Of a stretch of 64,000 nucleotides of DNA, positions 26,239 to 36,488 are shown one piece after another (positions within the stretch are counted from its first letter, which is position 1; each line of letters begins with the position of its first letter). The DNA lies in contig JANJGN010000026.1 in NCBI GenBank assembly GCA_026770705.1, positions 36,270,001 to 36,334,000 of the forward strand, read 5' to 3'. Below the pieces are notes generated by a model. It did not search any database. It was not told the origin of the DNA and saw nothing but the letters and a program-made list of their open reading frames with translations. The translations under genes were made by a program, and so were the position numbers. This DNA comes from Isurus oxyrinchus. Taxonomy: Eukaryota.

Positions 26239-29200
26239 ATTTTTTTTTCAAAAATATACTTTATTCATAAATCTTCAAAAACATTTCGAACCATTTCAAA
26301 TCACCATTACAAAAAAACAATCAGGTTCAACTTTTACAACATGAATCACAAGGTGTATCAGAGCAAACAATGAATATTTCAATCATTGGCAGGCATTCAT
26401 TTTAATCTGTACAGCCTGAGGGGCTCTTTACAGTTCCCAGCCCCCCAGTGCACTGTGGCAGAAAGGTCTTAGGCAGCGACCCATCCCCATTGCGCCTTTG
26501 CGGTGGCTGCCCCAAGCTTAACTGTGTCCCTCAGCACGTAGTCCTGGACCTTGGAATGTGCCAGTCTGCAATACTCGGTCGGGGACAACTCTTTGCGCTG
26601 GAAAACCAACAAGTTTCGGGCAGACCAAAGAGCGTCTTTCACCGAGTTGATGATCCTCCAGCTGCAGTTGATGTTTGTCTCGGTGTGTGTCCCTGGGAAC
26701 AGCCCGTAGAGCACAGAGTCCTCTGTCACAGAACTGTTCGGGATGAACCTCGACAGAAACCATTGCATCTCTCTCCAGACCTTCTTCGCAAAGACACAAT
26801 CTATGAGGAGGTGAACAATGGTCCCTTCCCCACCACAGCCACCTCGAGGGCAACGTGCAGAGGGGGTGAGACTCCTGGCGTGTAGGAAGGATCTTACAGG
26901 AGGGCCTTTCTCACCACCAGCCAAGCTACATCTTGGTGTTTGTTGGAAAGTTCTGGTGATGAGGCATTCTGCCAAATGACTTTGTCAGTCTGCTCAGGGA
27001 ACCATCCCACAGGATCCACCCTTTCCTTTTCCCTCAGGGCCTTTAAGACGTTACGTGCCGACCACTGCCTATTGGACTTGTGGTCGAAGGTGTTTCCCTG
27101 CATAAATTTTCCCACGAGGGACAGGTGGTACGGCATGGTCCAACTACTTGGAGCATTCCACGGCAGCGTGGCCAGACCCCTCCTTCACAACACTGGGGAC
27201 AGGTAGAACCTCAGCATGTAGTGACACTTGGTGTTAGCCTACTGAGGGTCTATGCACCGCTTGATGCAACCACACACAAAGGTGGCCATCAGTATGAGGG
27301 CGATGTTGGGCACGTTTTTCCCCCTTTATCTAGAGGCTTGTACATCGTGTCCCTGTGGACACGATCCATTTTCGACCTCCAGATAAAGTGGAAGATGGCT
27401 CGGGTGATCGCCACCACACAGGAGTATGGAATGGGCCAGACCTGCACCACGTACAGCAACAGCGAGAGTGCCTCACACCTGATGACCAGGTTCTTACCTG
27501 CAATGGAGAGGGAGCGTCGCTCCCACATGCCCAGTTTCCTTTTCACCATAGACACTCGCTCCTTCCAGTTTCTAACGCGTGTCCTGGCCCCTCCGAAACA
27601 TATCCCCAGCACCTTTAGGCCATCAGCCCTGACAGTGAAGGAGACAAAGGATCAGCCCATTTCCCAAAGAACATGGCCTCGCTCTTCCCACGATTTAACT
27701 TGGCTCCCGAGGCCAGTTCGAAATGGTCACATATGTGGATCAGTCTGCGCACTGACAGCAGATCCAAGCAGAATACGGTGACATCATCCATGTACAGGGA
27801 GGCTTTGACCTGAGTGCCTCCACTGCCTGAGATCGTCACTCTGCTTTTGCCCGGATCCTTCCTGATGGACTCAGCAAAGGGTTCTATGCAACACACGAAA
27901 AGAACAGGTGAGAGAGGGCAGCCCTGCCTGACTCCAGATTTAATAGGAAAGCTATCTGATTCCCACCCATTGATTGAGACTGCACTACTGATGTTAGTGT
28001 AGAGCAGTATGATCCAATTGCGAATTCCCTCCCCAAACCCCATTTTGGAGAGCACAACCACCATGTAGGTGTACGATATTCTGTCAAAGGTCTTCTCCTG
28101 ATCCAGGCTGATGAGGCAGGTATCCACACCCCTGTCCTGTACATAGGCAATCGTAGCCCTGAGCAGCACGAGGCTGTCAGAGATCTTCCTGCCCGGCACA
28201 GTGCAGGTCTGGTCCCTTTCCCCCTTCTGCTTGTAGATGAGGGTGATAATGCCTTTCCTCATGGATTCTGACATACTTCCGGCCAGGAGCATACTCTCGT
28301 ACACTTCTAGCAGGTCTGGGCTGATCCAGTCCCACAGAGCCGAATACAACTCCGCTGGCAAGCCGTCGCTTCCGGGAGTTTTACTCTTCTCGAAGGACTC
28401 AAGGGCCTCAGTCAGTTCGTCAGGAGTTAGCACTTTGTCCAGACTCTCCCGTGTACTGTCGTCTAAGACCTCCGTGACAGAGGACAGGAAAGTCTGGGAG
28501 GCCGTGCTGTCTGTGGGCTTCACGTCATATAATCCAGCATAGAAGGATTTGCTGATCCTCAAAATGTCGGACTGTGATGACTTTACTGAGCCATCTTCTT
28601 CCTTCAGGCTGCTGAGCACAGAGATCTCTCTGTGTACCTTTTGGAAGAAGAAACGTGAGCACGTCTCATCCTGCTCCACGGAGCGGACTCTGGAACAGAA
28701 GATGATCTTGGAGGCCTCCGAGGCAAAGAGTGAGGCTTGCTGGCTCTTCACCTCTTGGAGTTCCTCCTTGACATCGACCCGCATCGACTGCAGCCAGAGC
28801 AGGTTCTGCATGTTTTTGTGGAGTCGGGACATTTCCCTCTGTTCCTTTCTAGCTTTCTGGGTGCCTTTGAGGACGACAAACCTCTTGATGTTTCCCTTGA
28901 TCGCTTCCCACCAGTGTGTCAGGGATTCAAAGAGAGGTTTCACGGTTCTCCAACCTTTGTAATCCCTCTTGAGCTCCTCAATGTTCTCTGGGGTCAGCAG
29001 TTCCACGTTTAGCTTCCATGCCCCCCTGCCAACCCTCTGGTCCTTCTCTAAGTGACAGTCAGCCAGTAGGAGGCAGTGGTTAGAGAATAACACCGGCTTG
29101 ACGTCGGTGGATCTGACTGTGAATGCACGGGACCCAAAGAGGAAATCTATCCTGGAACAGATGGACCCGTCAGGCTGCGACCAGGTGTATATATGCTGCA

Positions 29201-31404
29201 CGCTGTCTGCAGGGTTGCTGAAGACGTTGTGCAGCTTGGCATCCTTTACTGTTTCCATCAGGCATCTGGATGTCGCATCCAATCTGCTGTCAGCCCTGCT
29301 GGATCGTCCAGCCACATCGATGATGCAGTTGAAGTCACCGCCCAGAATGACCAGCCTGGAGGTCGCCAGCAGCAGTGGGAGCTGCTGAAAAACCTCCAGC
29401 CGCTCAGCCCCTTGTGATGGTTGTAATTAACCAGAGTGGAGCATTCTTATACATTACGTCTGCTACGAGGAGGCACCCGCCCACCACCTCCTTAACCTGG
29501 GAGACGGTGAAGCTGTCTCCCCGCAGCAGAATCCCCAGGCCGGAGGAACGAGAGTCGTTTCCTCCCGACCAGATCGATGGCCCATGTGACCACCATCGTG
29601 ACCATTGCCTGTAGGAGCTGAGGTGCGGTATCGCACACTCCTGCAGAAACAACAGGTCAGCTTTGACCTTGGCAAGGTAATCCAAGGTCGCAACACATCG
29701 CGTAGTAGATATAATGCTACGCACATTTATGGATACAATCTTTACACCCATTTTAAAGCAGTTAGTCGCTTACCAAACCCGTTGTATTTGAGAGTTCCAG
29801 ACCATTGGTCTGCTCCTTCATGCCCGTAGTGTGCTCAGATTGCTTCACTTGGGATGGGCTGAGGAAAGCGTCCTGAACCTTTCCATTGGAGATGTTCTGC
29901 TCGGGTGGCATCTGGAGGTCCATGCATTAAGCGGGGTTTGAAATGTCCTCTGTTGGAGAAGCTTCTCCAATCCTCTCCGCCTCTGGGGCGTTGCTGCTCC
30001 CAGCTTCCCGGAGCTGGGGTGCATTGAGCGCCTCACTGTTCCCAGATTCCTGGGGTTGTGGTGCACTGGCCTCTTCGGGTTGTGGGCAAAGTTGGGGTGC
30101 GCTGGTCTCTTCATTGTCTCCAATGTTCTGGAGCTCGGGTGTCTCATCCTCCAACTCCCTAGCGTTTTGCCGCTTCTTCTGTTGGCGCCGCCCTGGCCCT
30201 TCTTCGTCCAAAGAGCTGCTGCTCTTGTCATCCGTGTCGGATAGGAGACGCCTCTTGACTCTTGTCTGGGAAGTGGCTTGGTTTCTTTTTAGCCCCTTCT
30301 TCCTTTTGGCTCTCTTCACCAGCTGCCACTCCCCCTGCTGCTTTCCCACTGCTGCCTCCTCCTCCTCCTGGATTCGCTCTCCTGAGGAGTGGGAGGTTCA
30401 GGGGGCAGTGCTGTTGGTTGGCCGTCTGTTGCCCCAATCTTTTCCTCCACCTTGTCTCTCTCTGTGTCCTCCTTTGTCCCGTTGTTCTCCCTGGGGGCCT
30501 TGGTGGTTGGAATGACGTGAGGCATTTCATCTGCTTCCCCCTCGTTGGCTTTAGCTGCCTGTGCGTAAGTAAGGCAACGTTTGGGGCAGGTCTTGTAGAG
30601 GTGACTTGCCTCACCACACAGGTTGCAGCACTTAGCCAGTTTACAATCTTTTGTCTGGTGCCCTTCCTTTTTGCAGTTCTTGTAGAGGGCGGCACTGCAG
30701 TTGGCCACCACATGACCAGACTTGCCGCATGAGCTAGAAAGTTTGGGTTGCCCAGCATAGACAAGGTACCCATGGCTTCTCCCGATAGCAAATCTGGAAG
30801 TGGGGTGGAAACTGGCTCCCTTACCGTCGGTCTTGAGCATTACATTAACGTGGCGTTTACATGTCCAGATCCCCAAATTATCTTTAACCTCAGTGCAGCT
30901 CCCAACCTTATCGAAGTACCTGATAAGGAAGGTGAGAACGTCAGCGACAGGGACGTAGGGGTTGTACAGATGCACCGTTGCAACCCGTTCTCGTTGCAAC
31001 GGTAGAGCAAAGAGCGGCTCCGCTGTCAGGATTTTCATTTCTGGCAGGTCTTCCTTTTCCTCAAACACCTTCAGGAGTTTGACACAAGCTGCCACTTGCT
31101 TGAAGGTCACATTAAAGAAACCAGCGCTGGGGAAATCCTGTAGGCAGTAGATCTCCACAGCCTCAAAACCACACAGCTTGAATAGGATCCTCTTGGTGAA
31201 GAAGGTCCTATCCATTCCTGTTCCTTGCTCGCTGCCCTTCACCATGACTCAGATGGTGTTAGGTACCCCATGGTAAGGGGTTTGACTGGTTATAGCCATT
31301 GCTCTTTCCCTGGCAGAAACGCAATGAATGTCTCTCCCTTGCCAGGTAAGTATCCAAAAATTGCAAGAAAAAAGAGCACACAACGCCAGGGTATAAGGTA
31401 TAAG
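26239..31404 (-). mobile_element. Full-length Tx1/L1-clade non-LTR retrotransposon, defective
   Basis: 17-bp TSD GTCCATCACGAATTGCC (26222-26238, 31405-31421); AATAAA plus A-tail at ~26240-26265. ORF1 has CCHC knuckles (CGKSGHVVANC, CKKEGHQTKDC, CNLCGEASHLYKTC). ORF2 has APE (SINVRSI..LFLQE), RT (GVRQGCPLSP, LYMDDV) and a C-terminal CPRGGC..HLLIDC. Frameshifts and internal deletions. Confidence 0.95.
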
Positions 31405-33164
31405 GTCCATCACGAATTGCCTTTCAGAGGGTGGTGGCGAGCCGCTACCTACCGTTTGAGTGGTTTTCTGGGTCATTTCAGAAGGCCGTTAATGTTCAAC
31501 CACATTGTTGTGGATCTGGAATCATATCTCAGCCGGAGTAGATGTCCTTCCCTGAAGAACGTTAGTGAACCGGGTAAACTTTATTGTGATGATCTTGTAC
31601 TTGCCTGATCACTATTTCTGGCACTTCAACTTTATTCCAGAGTTATTTATTATCTCCATTTAAATTAATTAGTAGAATTAGAATTGCAACTCATGTCATT
31701 GTCTCAGGCCTCTGGATCATTAATCCAGTGACGTAAGCATGAGCTTCCACTCGCGGAACATAACCTGGTTGGCATGAAAGGTCTATGTTAAATTGTACAT
31801 TCCTTTTCTCAGCCACAACAAATTTTTTGCAAACACGACTGATCTTGGTTATCTACCGGGGATTTTGTCATGTATGAAACAACACAACAGCATTTCCTTC
31901 CTCGCTCAACCAGCTCTGGCCAGAGAAAAATGTTTCAGAACTCAGAGTAGCAAAACCATTACAACAAAGTAGCGGTGCCTCAGTAAGATACGATACAAAA
32001 AGTAAATATTCACCTGGTTTTCTCATGAAAGCGATAAAGAACAGAAACATAACTACTTATGTTAACTTACTCGGTAAGTATAATCATTGACTTTGTAATT
32101 AAAAATATTTGACACCAGTGATTATTTTGATCAGATCTCCGCATTCATTTTTAGACTTCATTTAGTTCATAACTTCATGGCTTTCGTTGTAACAGCAAAC
32201 CCATAAAGAGACAAATTAAAGGGCAATTTTAGCGCAGAATGGGAAATAGTGATTGATTGGCTTAATGTAAAGGAGCCCAAACTCAAAGGGAAGATCACTA
32301 TATTGACTCTAAACTATTAATTCAGTAGCCTTGGGCGAGTATTTCAAAGACATACAAACATACGAATCAGGAGCAGAGACAGGCCATTCGGCCCCTCTAG
32401 CCTGCTTCGTTATTCAATAAGATCTTGGCTGATTTGAGCATGGCCACAGCTCCACACTCCCACCTGCACTCGATACCCTTTGACTTCCATGGGGCAGGAA
32501 CCGTTTTTAGGCTGGATCGAATGAGCTGACAGTTTTACACTTGGTCCGATTTCCAAGCCTCCGATGTCAATGGGACAGAGGACTGCATCGAGTGTAAAAC
32601 TGGCAGCCAGCTTGCTTCACAGCTCAAGATCAATTTCACACCTCAACCATTTCAGGTAGGTGAATCTTAACTTCAGGCAGAAATGTGAAATGGCTGTTAA
32701 TGAATCTGCAGCTCATTCCACATCCGTCCAGAATTGTAATTCACCTGAAAACAATGGAACCATAATTCAAGGCACATATAACAACGGCAATTGCCATTTT
32801 TAGACTAACACAAAATCAAAATCTACCTAAAGTTGGTATCGTTAGATATGTATTCTTCAGTTACTCACTTGTAGAAGGATATCCGTGAACTATCGATTTC
32901 GAAAAGGTTACCAGAATATTACTTTTTAGAAATCAATCTAGCAACCTGTGCAGCCTTCGCATGGGATGGTGGAAAGGAATAGACGCAGAGTTTTGGGTTT
33001 TTCAGAGACTTAATTATTAATGCTTGAGTTTAAAACAAAGGAATATTAAAACGGTGGAAAGTTTGTATATCCCTGATCAAATGAGTTTAAAGAAATGCCT
33101 GAAGATGACTATATCACAATTTTTAATTGTCATTGACAGAACCAGCTTCATACAACAGTGATAA

Positions 33165-33525
33165 AAACAAAAAAAATTGCGGATGCTGGAAATCCAAAAC
33201 AAAAACAAAAATACCTGGAAAAACTCAGCAGGTCTGGCAGCATTGACGGAGAAAAATAAAGCTGACCCTTCAACAGAACTGAGTAAAATTAGGAGATGGG
33301 TGAAATATAAGCTGGTTTAAGGTGGGGGTGGGGGGGAGTAGGGGGAGAGATGTGGTGGGGGTGGTTGTAGGGACAAGCAAGCAGTGAACAAGGCAAAAGA
33401 GAGATACGAAAATCCTGTCGGAGAGAAGAGCAGTACTTGTTCAAGGTAGGCATTTCTTGAAGAGAAGTGGCAGTCAATTAAACACAGAGATAAAAACAAA
33501 AAACTGCGGATGCTGGAAATCCATA
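33165..33525 (-). mobile_element. Penelope-like terminal repeat fragment(s)
   Basis: Homologous to 55705-55930 (GGAAAAACTCAGCAGGTCTG); terminal block CGGATGCTGGAAATCC occurs twice; hammerhead core deleted. Confidence 0.55.
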
Positions 33526-33556
33526 AAACAGTGCTTTGTCCAATTGATGGTTTAGC

Positions 33557-33626
33557 CCGGAACTCCAATAGCAGCAAGAATTGGATAGTAAATGGCATAA
33601 ACTACACCAGATATTCGGCCATGCAT
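33557..33626 (-). CDS. First coding exon of the GPR139-like gene (MHGRISGVVYAIYYPILAAIGVP)
   Basis: Family-typical YYP.LAA.GVP N-terminus. 70 nt, phase 1, matches the exon-2 phase (G+TT = Val). Donor is non-canonical (GC). Confidence 0.8.
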
Positions 33627-33684
33627 TTTCCGAGAAGAGATGTTCTCTGCCCCTGATAGTTGATGACAGAGATTCTCTGTGTTA

Positions 33685-33690
33685 TTTATA
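33685..33690 (-). promoter_or_regulatory. TATA box of the GPCR gene
   Basis: TATAAA on the minus strand ~60 nt upstream of the ATG. Confidence 0.45.
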
Positions 33691-35796
33691 CTGTTGGAAT
33701 TCTACAGAGAGACAATTAGCTTCCATAATTATTTACAGTTACCCGAACAAATAGATTCAGCAATTATTTTTCATGTTATTTTTGGGAGGTAGTAGAATGT
33801 TGGGAGACACTTGGGAGACGATTATCGAGTCTTGATGCCTCATGCAACCCAATGTAGTTTTGAATGTAACTTGTTAGTGCTTGCGCAGATCTAAAATATG
33901 CTTAGTTATGTGGAATGTTCATTTATGGGAGACACTGAAAGAAACATTGTTAGCTATTAGGCCGAAGCCAGCATAGCTCAGTGACGTGAGACCACGTAAG
34001 AATCAGAATGACAGTGACAGTCAAATTGCAAGTTATACCACACAATGGAAGTTATATCCACACAATGCAAGTTATGCCAGCAGCAGCCAAGGAATATCCA
34101 CACAACACAAAGCTTAATCTCACAACATCAACACGCATTTACACACGTTTAACATGTATTATAACATTTTAAAACATTTTAAATGTTACCAAGCGCCTTA
34201 CACGGGCACAATAAAATAAAATTGTGATTAAGTCACATAAAGAAATATTAGGATATTTTTGTATCAGTCCTAGGCTCCTTGATTCTGACGTTAGGCTCTT
34301 TTTCTGTGAATGTTTTAATGGATCCACATTATTTTACACTTCCTCTTTGATTATTACACTAGGCTCTGTCTCTGTTAGTATTCATCCTAATTATTGTTGT
34401 ATTCCCAAGTCCATATACTGTGCTTTAAGAGGATACAGCGATAAACAAGATCCAGAATGTGTTTACTACAACAACATTGCATTGAATTGATGGCAAGTAC
34501 TCCTCGAAAACTATTGTATCTGCATTACGTGTTGACTGTACGAAATCGTTGTTAGTAATTAAAAATAAGCAATTGATGTTGAGCCACCTGACTGAATCAA
34601 TGCATTAAAAAATGTCACTTTCTTCCGATCCATATTTTAACCACTAATCATCCCTCCTAAATACTAAACTTAGCCAAACAGCTCGAAACCCTTTAAGAAC
34701 TGTGGTTTTATCCCTCTTCCAAGGACCGGGTCAAAAGTTACACGATTTACAAGCCGGGCGTTTTAATGCTGGGCGGAGCCTAAAAATACGCCGTCACCTC
34801 CTGACCCCGGATCAAGGGAGAAAGAGCCAATCACCGTGCTGTTATCCTGCTGACAATATTTTGCCCTGAGCCATTGAAAACCGGATGCCAGGTTTCTGTG
34901 ACAGACAGTCGGCCCTGTATGTGAGTGTGTGATACAGCAGGCTGTGCATATCTGACGTGTTTGTAGGTAAAAAGGCTCGATTTATACGAAACATTATATA
35001 AACATTCGGTCTTAATGGACAAAATTGATCGTTTGTCCAGCCGCGAAGGACGATTTTCGCAGACTGCCGCCCGCACAACCTGTGCCACAGAAAGGGGCCT
35101 TCCCAGGCGCATTGAATTGTTGCAGCCGCTTCTTTCCACGCCCCATTCACCAAGGAAGCGAATCGAAAACCAACCTCCTGTTCTTTTTCTCTGCCCTTCC
35201 ACCTATAGAAACTGTTTATTTTGATCTACTCAGCCCAGGGCCACATGATTTTGAGCACCTCTATCAGATCTACCCTGAACCTTCCATTTTCCATGGACAA
35301 CAAACCCAGTTTCCCCAATCTATACAATTAACTGAAGTCCTGCATCCCTGGGACGATTCTGGTAAACTTCTCTGCGCCCTTTCTAAACCATTCACATCCC
35401 TCCTAAAGTGCGATGCCCGAAGTGGACATAATGCTCCAGTTGAGGGGTAATCAGTACTTTCCAGGGGAACAGTAGTATTCCTTTGCATTTGGACTCTATG
35501 CCACTGTTATGATGCCGATAATCCCGGATGTTTTAGCATTATTTCTCAGGCTGTTAGGCCACCTTCAACCATTTATGTCAAAATAGTGCACATCGCTTGT
35601 TCAAGAATGGATAATTGAAAGAATTTTTTTGGCAGGGGTATTGTCGGCGGCTCGAAGTATAAAAATATTAAAGGCTCTGCGGAGCCAGAAAGAATGTGCG
35701 AACTTGATGTCTTTAACGATTTTATTCTGTGCTACAAAATTATAAAGTCAATTGAAAATACATTCGTGGAGTGATTCCCTCCCCCCACTACCCTTC

Positions 35797-35854
35797 TGTG
35801 TGTGTATGTGTGTGTGTTTATGTATGTGGTGTGTGTATGTATGTGTGTGTGTGT
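35797..35854. repeat. Interrupted (TG)n microsatellite next to the RSS array
   Basis: TGTGTGTATGTGTG.. run. Confidence 0.9.
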
Positions 35855-35892
35855 GCTCCTTTCAATTTAAACCCGAAAGTTGACAATTATTT

Positions 35893-36216
35893 GAACTCTT
35901 TCCGTGCCTTCCATTACTGTGTCTATAATCCCACCATGTTCAGGTTTTTGTACAGCTCTCTCCGTGCTCTGTATCACTGTGTGTCTGTTATCCCACCATG
36001 TTCAGGATTTTGTGCAGATCTCTCCGTGCTCTGTATCACTGTGTGTCTGTAATCCAACCATGTTCAGGTTTTTGTACATCTCTCTCAGTGCTCTCTATCA
36101 CTGTGTGTCTGTAATCCCAGCATGTTAAGTTTTTGTACAGCGCCCTCCGGTTTCTGTATCACTGTGCATCATGCTGAGGTTTTTGTACAACTCTCTCCGT
36201 GCTCTATATCACTGTG
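35893..36216 (-). repeat. Tandem array of 23-spacer recombination signal sequences (5 near-consensus plus 1 decayed)
   Basis: Heptamers CACAGTG at 36210-16, 36160-66, 36099-105, 36037-43, 35975-81. Nonamers at 36178-86, 36128-36, 36067-75, 36005-13, 35943-51 (ACAAAAACC x3, ACAAAAACT, ACAAAATCC). All spacers are 23 nt. Confidence 0.95.
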
Positions 36217-36488
36217 CTGTGCGCCAACTCAGTTCACAGTGATAAACTGCGGAGTCGCTCAATTGTAATTTGGAGATCTTCAACTGGCTGATTTTCTCCC
36301 CCAGGCAGCATTTTCTTTATTCTCCTCTCCTGAAATGTGTCCCTAAAGCAGATATTCCAGAGCCTGTCCTGGGGACTGACGGTACCAGCGTACTGTGCAG
36401 AACCCTGAATATTCCATGTTTAAAGTAACGGTGTCACCGATGGCAGAGATTTCTAGAGGCGAAATCCGGGAAATTATGGAACTGGAAT
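36217..36488 (-). pseudogene. Leaderless supporting TCR-delta V (NAR-TCR cassette 1)
   Basis: Acceptor TTTTTATCCTCCAG, phase 1. DSSSIISRISPLEISAIGDTVTLNMEYSGFCTVRWYRQSPGQALEYLL*..[fs]..KISQLKISKLQLSDSAVYHCELSWRT, then a perfect 23-RSS. CDR1 Cys kept; first canonical Cys lost; stop and frameshift present. Confidence 0.9.

Noticed and set aside
30228-31245. Host ZCCHC3-like gene
   Set aside because: It is ORF1 of the Tx1 element, upstream of APE-RT and inside the TSDs.
35982-36177. Inter-RSS linkers as hidden D segments or opposite-strand RSSs
   Set aside because: All signals face the same way. On the plus strand CACTGTG-23nt is followed by an inverted nonamer, so no linker has a usable 5' RSS.
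35893-36216. CRISPR-like repeat/spacer array
   Set aside because: Both alternating blocks are repeated (no unique spacers), the DNA is vertebrate, no cas genes are present, and the unit is a RAG RSS.
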